A model generated the notes under the pieces. That model saw nothing but the letters and a program-made list of their open reading frames with translations, had not been told where the DNA came from and ran no database searches. Positions 29,154 through 39,336 of a stretch of 64,000 nucleotides of DNA are shown here, in pieces. The translations under genes and the position numbers were made by a program. This DNA comes from an uncultured Candidatus Saccharibacteria bacterium. Its GTDB lineage: Bacteria; Patescibacteriota; Dojkabacteria; J137. Position 1 is the first letter of the stretch. Each line of letters opens with the position of its first letter. Location of the stretch: positions 711,228-775,227 of the forward strand of contig OZ246402.1 in assembly GCA_965230975.1 (NCBI GenBank). Reading direction: 5' to 3'.

Positions 29154-29696
29154 TTAGGATTCTTGTAGCCGTTTAGAAGTTACAGCCTCAAATTCTTTAT
29201 CAGTGTAAATTTCCCACTCTTTAATAGCATCTATAAACAAATTGGCATTTTGAATAGGAATTTCTATAGGTTCATTCGGGCTTTGATATCTAACACTGCT
29301 TATACCTACGTATTTACTATCTTTATATAATAATTTTATATCGTAAATAGTATCTTTAGCTTTGCCAATATAAATTCTAATCCGAGATACATACTCTTCA
29401 TCTAAATCATTATAGTTACTTAATGCAAATAATTCTGCTGGTTTAATTTCTTTACCATCCCTTATAAATATTTTATACCCGCTCCACGAACTTCCATCAA
29501 AAGTTACATCCTCTAATTCTGGGTGAGTTTCTAAATCGATACTTGTTGCAGGATAGACGATATTTAATGGCCTACTTTGAGCCACGGCAATTAGACTACA
29601 AATTAAGAGCTGTAAATAAATAGGTTCGTCTTCTATGTATATAGTTTCAAATCTTTTCTTAAAGATTCTTATAGCACCTTTTAGTTTATTATCCAT
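29154..29696 (-). CDS. Hypothetical protein
   Basis: 180-aa ORF with no recognisable motif. Confidence 0.4.
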   Translation of the reverse strand: MDNKLKGAIRIFKKRFETIYIEDEPIYLQLLICSLIAVAQSRPLNIVYPATSIDLETHPELEDVTFDGSSWSGYKIFIRDGKEIKPAELFALSNYNDLDEEYVSRIRIYIGKAKDTIYDIKLLYKDSKYVGISSVRYQSPNEPIEIPIQNANLFIDAIKEWEIYTDKEFEAVTSKRLQES

Positions 29697-29767
29697 ATAG
29701 TTATTAATTTGAAGGATAATATCACTTAAGTTTTGAAAAACAAAATTATTGAGTCTAGTTAGTTAAT

Positions 29768-30913
29768 TTAATTTTGCGTTAGAAGAGAAATTGTAAAAGT
29801 GTTACTGTCTTTTTTAGTGTTTACAGCAATTTTGCCACCAAAAGCTTCAATAATCTCTTTAGTTATTGCTAAACCCAAACCAAACCCTCCGGTTGATCTC
29901 GATCTCGATTTGTCTATTCTAAAGAATCTATCAAAAATCTTATCTTTAAATTCGTCTGATATTTGTTCCCCTGTATTTGTAATGTATAATTCAATATTAT
30001 TGCCATTATCATTTAATGCTATAACAACATCACTTTTCTTATAAGAGTATTTAATAGCATTCTCAACTAAATTAGAGACTGCTCGTTTTAACAAAATTTC
30101 ACTTGCGCTAACCAAGTATTTTTTATCTACACCAACATCAAATTTTAAGTTTATCTCATTTGCTTTTGCGGATGTGTTTAATTCTTCTATAATATCTTCA
30201 CATAATACCTTTAAATCTATCTCTTCTTTTTTAATATCACCTTTGTCTAAAAACGATAAAAGCATTAAGTCCTCTACAAGGTTATTTAAAAAGTTAATTG
30301 AATCTATAGAACTATGCATAGCCTCGTCTAAATCTGACTTTGATATATGTTTATCTAAAATAATAGATTCAAGATTTGTTCTTATTACAGTTAACGGCGT
30401 TTTAACTTCGTGAGATACATTTTCTACAAATTGTTTTTGAGATTTAAATGCTTTATCTAACCTTGCCATCATCTTATTAAAATTGCCAATTAATTGTGCA
30501 AGCTCTTCACTTGTATCTTCTGTTGCATTTATTTGGAGATATAATAGCTTTTCATTAATATCTTCCATTGTCTTATTTAGATCAGCCAATGGTTTTAGCT
30601 CTTTACGAATTAACAGGTATGTTCCGGCAGATGTAAATATAACTTGAAAAAAGATTCCAATTAAAGATGCAGTTAAAAGTCTTAAGGCATTTTCTTTACG
30701 CTCTTCTTGAATGCTTTCTTGAATTTGAGCTTGAATTTGTGCTCTTTGCTGACTCCAACTTAAAGATGTATCTACAGTAACAGGTATTGGGTCTTTATTT
30801 GGCTTTTGTTGTGTTACTAGGTTTACAAAAATAAGTACAAACACAGTTGAAATAATCACTAAAAGTGAGATTTGTATTATCAATTTTGTTTTTAAGCTTT
30901 TAAAAAAATTCAT
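29768..30913 (-). CDS. Sensor histidine kinase (TM, HAMP-like, HisKA, HATPase_c)
   Basis: H-box HEVKTPLTVI, N-box ENAIKYS, G-boxes TNTGEQI and GGFGLGLAI. Confidence 0.8.
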   Translation of the reverse strand: MNFFKSLKTKLIIQISLLVIISTVFVLIFVNLVTQQKPNKDPIPVTVDTSLSWSQQRAQIQAQIQESIQEERKENALRLLTASLIGIFFQVIFTSAGTYLLIRKELKPLADLNKTMEDINEKLLYLQINATEDTSEELAQLIGNFNKMMARLDKAFKSQKQFVENVSHEVKTPLTVIRTNLESIILDKHISKSDLDEAMHSSIDSINFLNNLVEDLMLLSFLDKGDIKKEEIDLKVLCEDIIEELNTSAKANEINLKFDVGVDKKYLVSASEILLKRAVSNLVENAIKYSYKKSDVVIALNDNGNNIELYITNTGEQISDEFKDKIFDRFFRIDKSRSRSTGGFGLGLAITKEIIEAFGGKIAVNTKKDSNTFTISLLTQN

Positions 30914-30962
30914 ATATTATAAACAGCAACTTTTTTAACTTTAGTTAATCTAAACTATACAA

Positions 30963-31622
30963 CTATTCTACTAGGTAACCTTTCCCTTTGATTGTTTTAA
31001 TTAAGTCTCCATTCCCATTCATCTTGCTACGTAATGTTTTTATATGTGTTTTAACGGTATCTGTAAAAAGATCCATATTTGTATCCCAAACATGTTCTAA
31101 AAGTTCTTCTGTAGAAACAGCCCTACCTTTATTTAAAATCAAATATTCCAAAACTGCGCACTCCTTATTACTTAAATTGTATATTTTTTCGCCTTCATTT
31201 AATTGATTTTTACCAGTGTCTAAAACTAAATTCCCAACCTTAAGCTCGGTGTTTTTGTTAGGGCTTCCTCTTTTTATTAAAGCATTAATTCTTGCTAATA
31301 ACTCTTGTAAGTCAAATGGTTTTGTTAAGTAATCGTCTGTACCAACATCAAACCCTTCAAGCTTGTTGTATATTTGGCTTCTGGCGGTAAGCATTAAAAT
31401 AGGTGTAGCAATTCCCGATTCTCTAGCTTTTTTGCAAATATCTATGCCGTTAATTTCGGGTAAATTCAAATCTAAAACTATGCAATCATAATTATTTTCT
31501 AAAATCATGGCTAAACCTTTTTTGCCATCCATTGCATAATCTACAAGATAGTTTCTTGATCTTAAAACCCTTATTACTGGTTTTGCTATATTTTCTTCGT
31601 CTTCTATATATAAGATTTTCAT
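30963..31622 (-). CDS. OmpR-family response regulator
   Basis: Receiver domain MKILYIEDE...DLNLP...MLTA...K, then a C-terminal winged-helix. The start was trimmed to MKILYIEDE. Confidence 0.8.
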   Translation of the reverse strand: MKILYIEDEENIAKPVIRVLRSRNYLVDYAMDGKKGLAMILENNYDCIVLDLNLPEINGIDICKKARESGIATPILMLTARSQIYNKLEGFDVGTDDYLTKPFDLQELLARINALIKRGSPNKNTELKVGNLVLDTGKNQLNEGEKIYNLSNKECAVLEYLILNKGRAVSTEELLEHVWDTNMDLFTDTVKTHIKTLRSKMNGNGDLIKTIKGKGYLVE

Positions 31623-31727
31623 ACTGTTGATTATAACTAATTTTGGTGAAGTTAGCGTGAAGGTTATATCACTTTTCAAGTGACTGTATTACTTATTAGA
31701 GCTATAATTCTTAATACTTTTTTCCAA

Positions 31728-33014
31728 ATGATTTTGAAAACATCACATATAGAAATTTTGGCCCCTGCCGGTTCTTTTGAATCTTTACAAGCTGCTATAA
31801 ACGCCGGTTGCCATGCAATATATTTTGGTATTGGAGACATGAACATGAGGGCAACTGCTGCGGCAAATTTTTCAAATGAAGACATGCCAGAGATTGTTAA
31901 AATTTGCCACGAAAATAATGTAAAGGCATATTTAACACTTAATACTTTGGTTTACGATCAAGAGGTAGCAGAGATGAAAACCATTGTTGAAACAGCAAAA
32001 AAAGTAGGGATAGATGCAGTTATTGCAGCAGATATGGCTACAATTGCTTATGCTAACCAAGTTGGCTTGGAGGTTCATATTTCTACTCAATTATCTATTT
32101 CTAATATTGAAAGTGTTAAATTTTATTCTAAGTTTTCTGATAGATTAGTTTTGGCCAGAGAACTTACTATTGAACAGGTTAAAGAGATTTGTGAGGAGAT
32201 TAAAACTCAAGACATTAAAGGCCCAAAGGGTAATTTGATAGAGATAGAAGTTTTTGCACATGGTGCATTGTGTGTCGCGGTTAGTGGTAGATGTTCTATG
32301 AGTTTGTATTGTTATAACACCTCTGCAAACAAAGGTAGGTGTACTCAAATTTGTAGAAGAAGATACAAGGTAACAGATATTGATACTGGTAAAGAGCTTG
32401 TTGTAGACAATAACTATATTATGAGTTCTAGTGATTTATGTACTATTGGTATGTTAGATAAACTTGTAGATGCCGGGGTTAGTGTTTTAAAGTTTGAGGG
32501 TAGAGGTAGGTCTGCAGATTATGTAGATACAGTAATTAAAACTTACAAAAATGCTTTAAAAAGCCTTGAAGATGGAACATATACATCTGAAAACATTATT
32601 CAATGGAATAGAGATTTAAAGACTGTGTTTAATAGAGGTACTACAGAGGGTTTTTATATGGGTAGAAAGATGGATGAGTGGTCTGGTGTTCATGGTAGTA
32701 AGGCAACAAAAGAAAAATATGCTATTGGTACTGTTGAGAAATACTATCCTAAGATTAATGTTGTTCAAATTGCTATTCAAGCAAAAGATGAAGTTGAATC
32801 AGAAGAAGAATTCTTAATTATTGGCCCTAAAACTGGTGTAGTTAAAGGCAAAATTCCTGAATTTATGGTTAACGATAAACCTTCAAAAGTTATGGCACAA
32901 GGTGATGTAGTTACTTTTAAAATAGATTCTGCAGTTAAAGAGGGAGATAAGTTTTATGTTGTAAGAGATAGGCTTTCAGATATTCCAAAGGGTAGAGAGG
33001 TTTTGATAAAGTAA
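31728..33014 (+). CDS. Peptidase U32 family protein (collagenase-like / RlhA-type)
   Basis: N-terminal ILAPAGSFESLQAAINAGCHAIYFG and the Cys-rich CxxxxxxCxxxC region (CRRRYKV...). The start was trimmed to MILKTSH. Confidence 0.7.
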   Translation: MILKTSHIEILAPAGSFESLQAAINAGCHAIYFGIGDMNMRATAAANFSNEDMPEIVKICHENNVKAYLTLNTLVYDQEVAEMKTIVETAKKVGIDAVIAADMATIAYANQVGLEVHISTQLSISNIESVKFYSKFSDRLVLARELTIEQVKEICEEIKTQDIKGPKGNLIEIEVFAHGALCVAVSGRCSMSLYCYNTSANKGRCTQICRRRYKVTDIDTGKELVVDNNYIMSSSDLCTIGMLDKLVDAGVSVLKFEGRGRSADYVDTVIKTYKNALKSLEDGTYTSENIIQWNRDLKTVFNRGTTEGFYMGRKMDEWSGVHGSKATKEKYAIGTVEKYYPKINVVQIAIQAKDEVESEEEFLIIGPKTGVVKGKIPEFMVNDKPSKVMAQGDVVTFKIDSAVKEGDKFYVVRDRLSDIPKGREVLIK

Positions 33015-33071
33015 GTTATCATACTTTCACATCAATGATATATAATTAGCGCAATATCTTTAAATATTCAA

Positions 33072-33539
33072 TTGATGGATAATACGTTATTTACTAGAAA
33101 AGAAGCAGGAGAGCAACAACTAGAAAGTATTTTGATTTCAGACATTTTAAATGGATTTAATTTTTCTGAGGAACAGATTAAAGAAGTAAAAAATATTCTT
33201 AGATCTATATTTGAGTCAGAAAGCCTTACTCCAGAAACCATTTCTCCATTAAAAGCTGCGATAGAAGGCTTTAATAATCAAAATAATCAGGTAGTTCCTA
33301 CATTCAACCTTCTATTAGCACAATTATTATATGCAATAGTTCACTTTTATTTTGAAGATACTCAATCTCTTAAAAGATCATTCGATACACTAGAAGATGA
33401 AGAACTCTTAGAAATTCCATTTTTTGATTATTTTGAATCGGCTTATACATTATCTGAAGAAGTAGCGGACGAAGCTTTATGGGATTATATTAATAATCTT
33501 GAAGGAGGATTGTTAAATAACTCATGGATAATTAATTAA
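33072..33539 (+). CDS. Hypothetical acidic protein
   Basis: 155-aa ORF. Confidence 0.4.
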   Translation: MMDNTLFTRKEAGEQQLESILISDILNGFNFSEEQIKEVKNILRSIFESESLTPETISPLKAAIEGFNNQNNQVVPTFNLLLAQLLYAIVHFYFEDTQSLKRSFDTLEDEELLEIPFFDYFESAYTLSEEVADEALWDYINNLEGGLLNNSWIIN

Positions 33540-33586
33540 TCTTGAGGAATTCTTAAAAAAAACGTATAATTCAATGCTTTCAATTT

Positions 33587-33658
33587 GGCCCTATCGTCTA
33601 TCGGTTAGGACACCAGGTTTTCATCCTGGAAAGCGGAGTTCGATTCTCCGTGGGGTCA
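33587..33658 (+). tRNA. tRNA-Glu (anticodon UUC)
   Basis: GGCCCTA-TC-GTCT...GGAC-A-CCAGG-TTTTCAT-CCTGG-AAAG-CGGAG-TTCGATT-CTCCG-TGGGGTC-A. A TATAAT -10 element sits 16 bp upstream. Confidence 0.8.
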
Positions 33659-33706
33659 ATAATTTCAATAAATCTAAACAATCTTGTTCTTTTTAAGTAG
33701 ATATAG

Positions 33707-34396
33707 TTATTGCAATTTATCTGTCTTATCCTTGAAAGTTTGAAAAACACTTACCCTATAAAGCTCAGCATTTCTTTCCATAACATCTAACCTATTTTTA
33801 AAGTCATAAATACTATATTTCTGAGAGGGTAGAAACTCATTACTTGAAACATTAAAATATTTTTTCAAAATATTATCGATTGTAAAAATATTAGCATAAT
33901 CATCGATAAAAGATGCTAATAATCTTACACTTAGCAAGTCTTTTAAACTTAAACTTTTTGGATCAATATTTGAGTTTATTGTATGCATAGCTAAATCAAG
34001 AATATACTTTATTTCTGCGTATGAAATATCATACCCAATATAGGCTAAAATCGCCCTAGATCTATCATTAAACGATCGTTCAATTTTTTGAATAGTAAAA
34101 TTCTCAATTTCGATTACCATTCTTTGATCAATATGATTTCTAACAAAATTGTCAAAAACACTAATGATTGATTTATCTATGTCTAGTAGATGGTCTCTTG
34201 GTATTTCATAACGAGTCTCTTTTAAGGGGTCATAGTATGTAAATTTGTCATTAGAGCTTAAAAACCCTATTCTTTGAATAAGTTTAGTGTTTTTACTTTG
34301 TCGCTTATTTAGTTGTGATAAAAGTCGCATGCGGTATTCGTTGGTAGGAGGTCTAGTTTCAGAAGTCCGTTTATTGAATAAGTTAAAGTTCAACAT
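33707..34396 (-). CDS. Hypothetical protein
   Basis: 229-aa ORF next to tRNA-Glu. Confidence 0.4.
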   Translation of the reverse strand: MLNFNLFNKRTSETRPPTNEYRMRLLSQLNKRQSKNTKLIQRIGFLSSNDKFTYYDPLKETRYEIPRDHLLDIDKSIISVFDNFVRNHIDQRMVIEIENFTIQKIERSFNDRSRAILAYIGYDISYAEIKYILDLAMHTINSNIDPKSLSLKDLLSVRLLASFIDDYANIFTIDNILKKYFNVSSNEFLPSQKYSIYDFKNRLDVMERNAELYRVSVFQTFKDKTDKLQ

Positions 34397-34498
34397 AAAA
34401 TTTTAGATTGATTAACACAAATCTATAATTATATTGCAAAAAATAGTACACTTATATATACAATAATATATCAGTAGTAATATATTTTAAAGAAGAAT

Positions 34499-36208
34499 AT
34501 GGAAAATATTAAACAAGATCTTCTAGCATTTTTTGGAAATGAAAAAAATAGATTATTTATTTATATTCTCTTTGGATTTATTTCTTTAATTGTTATAAGT
34601 TCTGCAGTACTTCTAATATTATCTGTACCTAAAACTCCAAAACTCTCAAATGCAGAAGAAACAAAAGTTATAGATGAAATAATCAAAAATAACCCATCTG
34701 CTATTTTAGAAGAAACTATTAAAGATTCTAAAGATTCAAATGTACCTAATGAAAGTGCTCCATTTGGTACTCCAAGTCAAACTCCTGATCTTACTAAATA
34801 CAACTATAGAATCAGTGAATATAGCTATAAAACGGGGCCAGCTTATAAAGCTTGTAATTTAAATAATGGTAACTTTGAAGGCGGGCAAAACTCATCCTTA
34901 ATGAACTATTTTGATGGTAACTATAATTATACTTTTACAGAATATTTTGAAAAAAATCGTTCTGTTAACAAAAGCTACGTAACGTCTAATACATCTGGTC
35001 TGTTTCAAATAAATATATCAGATTATTCTAATATTCAATCACAATCTTATCAATATAATGGTGGAGAATATGCGATTAAAGCAATTTACGAACCTTACGA
35101 AGGCTATGTACAAGATGAGTACTTAAGTTACCCTGCATCTTATGCGAATCAATACTTAGATAACAGTTACTATACATTTATTGGAGAAGAAAAAATTGAT
35201 GGTAAAGATACTTACAAAATTCAAACAAATTATTATACTTTTTGTGATGGTAGCTACGGCTTGCTAAGTTCTGATTCTGAAAATGAAATACCTAATGCTG
35301 TAAAAATAGTAAATATAATTTATGCAGATAAAAATACCTACAGCATTCTAAGATATCAATCTTTCTTAAATGAGGTTAGTGACTCAAATCTTATAAGTAC
35401 TACAAATTCTTCTATAAAAACTTCATTAGTAAAGCTAGCAGATGTTAACGGAGAGTTTAAATTTAATTACAATGTTGCAGTTAAAATTATTGACTACACA
35501 GGTTACTGGGATTTGTTTAATGAAGATAATATTAAAAGTATATTTAAAAATTACTTAGCAACAAGTAATACTAGTCTTTTAAATGATAGTAGTTATGTTG
35601 TAAGTGGCATTTCAATACCAAGTGCATACCCTAAATTAGCAAACTCAGGATTTTTAACAGACAGAAAGTTTTACCCTACAAGTGTAGAAGGTGACGATTT
35701 TTACTTATATATGGTCACAAATAATAATATTAACCCAGAATCATCTATTAATCTTTATAGACGTGTTAACTTTGAGAGCTATGACTATATTAATTTAGAT
35801 ATTTACGATATCTCGGTTACTAAAGATGACCTTATTGCTTCACTTTTGCAAGATAAATACACTAGTTTTGAATCTTTTGAAGAAAAATTAATTATTGATT
35901 CAATAGAGGTTCCTGCAACTAAAATAAGTTTTGAATACAAGTACTTTGAAATACCTACTTCTTACACGTCAAGTAGCTCTTACCCTGCATCTTACCCATC
36001 CTATCACTGGACTTCAGATGTTTATGTCTTTAGCTTTAACAATCGGGTATACAAACTAACTTCATCTCAAGATGCAACAAGTTTAAATTTTAAATCTTAT
36101 AGTTCTAATAATCAGACAGAGTTAAATAACTTTTTTGATTTAATTGTGGGTTACAATTACTACTTTCCAACAAGTTATGCAAGCTATCCAGTAAGTTATA
36201 ATTGGTAA
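34499..36208 (+). CDS. Secreted/membrane-anchored Tyr/Ser/Asn-rich protein with YPASY-type C-terminal repeats
   Basis: N-terminal TM anchor. Low-complexity, Y/S/N-rich. The motifs YPASYANQY, SYPASYPSYHW and YASYPVSYNW recur. Confidence 0.5.
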   Translation: MENIKQDLLAFFGNEKNRLFIYILFGFISLIVISSAVLLILSVPKTPKLSNAEETKVIDEIIKNNPSAILEETIKDSKDSNVPNESAPFGTPSQTPDLTKYNYRISEYSYKTGPAYKACNLNNGNFEGGQNSSLMNYFDGNYNYTFTEYFEKNRSVNKSYVTSNTSGLFQINISDYSNIQSQSYQYNGGEYAIKAIYEPYEGYVQDEYLSYPASYANQYLDNSYYTFIGEEKIDGKDTYKIQTNYYTFCDGSYGLLSSDSENEIPNAVKIVNIIYADKNTYSILRYQSFLNEVSDSNLISTTNSSIKTSLVKLADVNGEFKFNYNVAVKIIDYTGYWDLFNEDNIKSIFKNYLATSNTSLLNDSSYVVSGISIPSAYPKLANSGFLTDRKFYPTSVEGDDFYLYMVTNNNINPESSINLYRRVNFESYDYINLDIYDISVTKDDLIASLLQDKYTSFESFEEKLIIDSIEVPATKISFEYKYFEIPTSYTSSSSYPASYPSYHWTSDVYVFSFNNRVYKLTSSQDATSLNFKSYSSNNQTELNNFFDLIVGYNYYFPTSYASYPVSYNW

Positions 36209-36223
36209 AATACAAACATAAAA

Positions 36224-36249
36224 AGTGGCCCAACACAGTTGGGCTACTT
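36224..36249. terminator. Bidirectional intrinsic terminator
   Basis: AGTGGCCCAAC-acag-GTTGGGCTACT flanked by A and T runs, between convergent genes. Confidence 0.5.
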
Positions 36250-36261
36250 TAAACTCATGTT

Positions 36262-37623
36262 TTAAAAGCTTAAAGGAAATTTCTTAGCAAAAGATATTAC
36301 ATTCTTTTTGACATCTTTTATTCTTGAATCCTTACTTGCAAGTACATCAAATTGTGAAAAGTCTATGGATTTTGCTTTTAAATCTACTGCAATATCTGTT
36401 ACTTCGTTAATCCATTTAGCAACCTGCTTCATCTCTTTTTCCTTCATTCCTCTAGTTGTTAATGTTGGTGATCCAATCCTTAGGCCGCTTGGATTTAAAG
36501 GGGATCCAGATTCGTATGGTACTGTATTCATGTTGCTTATAATATTTGCATAGGCTAATGCTCTTGAAACATACTTACCTCCAATATCACGGCTTGATTT
36601 TAAATCTATTAAAACAAGGTGCTTATCTGTACCACCCGAGACAATTCTTAATCCGTAATTAGATAACTCAGTTGCAAGAACTTTTGCATTTTTTAATATT
36701 TGGCTACAATACTTTTTAAATTCTCGTGTGTCTGCTTCAAATAAAGCTTGTGTAATACCAGCAATAGTTCCGTTGTGTGGACCACCCTGCATGCCTGGCA
36801 TTACAGATTTATTAATTTTTTCAACAAATTCTTCTTTCATAAGTATCATGGCTCCCTTAGGGCCTCTTAAAGTTTTGTGAGTAGTCATTGTAACTACGTC
36901 TGCTATTCCAACTGGAGATTCAACTACACCTGATGCAATTAAACCTGCCTCGTGAGCTATATCAGAGAGGTAAATAGCACCAACTTTATCTGCAATCTTT
37001 CTGATTTTTTTGTAATCTATCCCTCTTGGGTATGCAGTCCCACCTGTAATAATCATTTTGGGCTTTTCTTCTATAGCTAGTTTTTCTATAAAGTCATAAT
37101 CAAAAACTTCGGTTTTAGAATCAGTTTTGTACTGAACAACATTAAAAATTTTAGATACTATACTTATTTTTACATTACCACCTCTATAAGTCATATTAGT
37201 TGCCATATCTTCTTTATCTTGTTCGGTTCTATCTTTAGTTGGAATATAACTCCAGCCATGCGATAAGTGACCTCCATCTGGCAAATACATGCTTAAGATT
37301 TTGTCACCTGGTTCTAATAAGGCATTGTAAACAGCCAGGTTTGCATTTGAACCTGCATATGGTTGTACATTTGCAGACCAACCTTTTGGTGCTTTAAATA
37401 CTTTTAAAGCCATTTCTATACAAAGATTTTCTAATTGATCTATAAATTCGTTACCTTCGTAGTATCTAGCACCAGGGTACCCTTCGGAATACTTATGCAT
37501 AAAAATACTTCCAACAGCTTCTCTAACTGCAGGGGACGTAAAGTTTTCAGATGGAATTAAGTCTAGTGTTTCTGATTGTCTTTTCTTTTCATTATCTAGG
37601 ATCTTCTTAATTTTAGGGTTCAT
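36262..37623 (-). CDS. glyA: Serine hydroxymethyltransferase
   Basis: N-terminus LIPSENFTSPAVREAVGS and the PLP-Lys region TTHKTLRGP. Confidence 0.9.
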   Translation of the reverse strand: MNPKIKKILDNEKKRQSETLDLIPSENFTSPAVREAVGSIFMHKYSEGYPGARYYEGNEFIDQLENLCIEMALKVFKAPKGWSANVQPYAGSNANLAVYNALLEPGDKILSMYLPDGGHLSHGWSYIPTKDRTEQDKEDMATNMTYRGGNVKISIVSKIFNVVQYKTDSKTEVFDYDFIEKLAIEEKPKMIITGGTAYPRGIDYKKIRKIADKVGAIYLSDIAHEAGLIASGVVESPVGIADVVTMTTHKTLRGPKGAMILMKEEFVEKINKSVMPGMQGGPHNGTIAGITQALFEADTREFKKYCSQILKNAKVLATELSNYGLRIVSGGTDKHLVLIDLKSSRDIGGKYVSRALAYANIISNMNTVPYESGSPLNPSGLRIGSPTLTTRGMKEKEMKQVAKWINEVTDIAVDLKAKSIDFSQFDVLASKDSRIKDVKKNVISFAKKFPLSF

Positions 37624-37767
37624 AGTATAAAAATAATAATTATTTGGGAATTTGAGTTTGTGTTGTCAGATACTTCAGATCATAAAGAAGGTTTAATAGA
37701 TTATCTTTGAATGATTAAAATACATTATTTATGATATCCTTGAAATATTCAATCGAAAAATAACTAT

Positions 37768-38712
37768 ATGGATGAGATTCTAAAATTGATTCTTGAAAAG
37801 TATCAATTTGATTTTATAAATATTGCCGCTGCTCAAAAAGGGTATAGAAATTCTTCATATTTAGTTACATGTAAGAATGGTGAGCTAATTAATTTGATTT
37901 TATATAAAAGGGAGCTTGGCATTTTGCAAAAAATTAAATCTGCAAATAAAGTTTCTTTAGAAATGCATAAATCTGGATTGCCTGTAAGATATCCAATAGG
38001 AAAAATATTAAGACTAACTGAAAATTACTACGCATGCATTTATAACTACCTTCCTGGGTCAACTATTCCTTGGGAATCTTACAGTATGGATCATTTAAAA
38101 TTGCTTGGTCAATATCTTAACAAAATACATTTTCATGGTAAAAATATGCCTTCACAAAACCTCGTTAAAGAGGCGGAAGTGCTTAAGGTGATACTTAGTA
38201 GGGTAGATAATTACTTTAAAAATGATAATGTTAAAGTTGCATTAAAAAATAAATTAAACATTGAAATAAATTTTGATAATCTCTTAAAACAATCAGAAAA
38301 GATTATCAATGATGTAGAAAGTTCAAATAAATCTACGATTTTACACATGGATTTTGTTCGTGGAAATATCTTGTTTGAATATAACCCAACAAGAATTTCA
38401 GGAATACTAGATTTTGAAAAAGCATCTTATGGTTCCCCATTATTTGATATTGCAAGAACAATGGCCTTTTTAATAGTAGATTGTAAATATAAATCTGAAG
38501 AAAAGATTAGAAAGTATTTTTTAAAGTCTGGATATATTAAGAATGGGAACTACAAATTTGATAGCTTTAAATACTTGAATGAACTTGTAGCACTATATTT
38601 AATTTATGATTTTTATAAGTTTTTAAAACATAACCCGTACGAATATTTGAACCAAAACGAGCATTTTAATAGAACAGTTAAAGTACTAAAAGATACAAGA
38701 CTTCTTCTATAG
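37768..38712 (+). CDS. APH/ChoK-family small-molecule kinase (protein-kinase-like fold)
   Basis: Brenner motif HMDFVRGNILF and the DFE metal-binding motif ILDFEKASYGSPLFDIA. Confidence 0.55.
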   Translation: MDEILKLILEKYQFDFINIAAAQKGYRNSSYLVTCKNGELINLILYKRELGILQKIKSANKVSLEMHKSGLPVRYPIGKILRLTENYYACIYNYLPGSTIPWESYSMDHLKLLGQYLNKIHFHGKNMPSQNLVKEAEVLKVILSRVDNYFKNDNVKVALKNKLNIEINFDNLLKQSEKIINDVESSNKSTILHMDFVRGNILFEYNPTRISGILDFEKASYGSPLFDIARTMAFLIVDCKYKSEEKIRKYFLKSGYIKNGNYKFDSFKYLNELVALYLIYDFYKFLKHNPYEYLNQNEHFNRTVKVLKDTRLLL

Positions 38713-38780
38713 GGTTTATCGACAGTCTACGCCTTTTACTTTAGAATATATTTCTAGTAATTACCTTTTACCCACTTTTT

Positions 38781-39335
38781 ATGGCTTCTGCATGGAAAAA
38801 ACGTCTTATAGATCAAAGCGATTTAATGACTTTAAACGAAAAATTGAAAGAGAAAGATAAGAAAATTGTCTTTACTGCAGGTAGTTGGGATTTATTGCAT
38901 GTTGGGCAGTGCAGATATTTAGAAGAGGCAAAAAGCAAGGGTGATATTTTAGTGGTTGGGGTAAGTTCTAACGAGGCTATTAGAAAGGTTAAAGGGCCAA
39001 ATAAACCAATTTTAGACGAAAAGATCAGAGCAGAGATGCTTACTTATTTAAGATCTGTTGATTTTGTAACCATATTACCAGAACCATCTTGCCAGCCAAC
39101 TTTAGGTTTACTAAAGCCAGATGTTTATGTAACTGTAAAAGAAGATTGGACAAGTGAATATAAAGAATCAAAAGAATATAAAACAGTAGTTAAATACGGA
39201 GGGGAAGTTTTAGTTGTAGATAGGCAATCAACAAAATTATCTACTACAAAGATTATTCAAAGAGCAATTGGTGGCCATTTAGGTGAGATTTTTAAAGATT
39301 TTATGGAACTTAGAAAAGACCCTTTAAAAGAGTAA
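38781..39335 (+). CDS. Cytidylyltransferase-like nucleotidyltransferase (RfaE domain II / heptose-1-P adenylyltransferase-like)
   Basis: VFTAGSWDLLHVGQCRYLEEAKSKGDILVVGVSSNEAIRKVKGPNKP matches the HxGH-type nucleotidyltransferase signature closely. Confidence 0.6.
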   Translation: MASAWKKRLIDQSDLMTLNEKLKEKDKKIVFTAGSWDLLHVGQCRYLEEAKSKGDILVVGVSSNEAIRKVKGPNKPILDEKIRAEMLTYLRSVDFVTILPEPSCQPTLGLLKPDVYVTVKEDWTSEYKESKEYKTVVKYGGEVLVVDRQSTKLSTTKIIQRAIGGHLGEIFKDFMELRKDPLKE

Positions 39336-39336
39336 T

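Noticed and set aside
33587-33658. Concern that the tRNA-Glu call is wrong because the acceptor stem has two G-U pairs
   Set aside because: All four arms, a 7-nt anticodon loop with U33, a TTC anticodon, a TTCGATT T-loop and an upstream -10 element are present. G-U pairs are tolerated, so the call is kept at 0.8 rather than downgraded to pseudogene.
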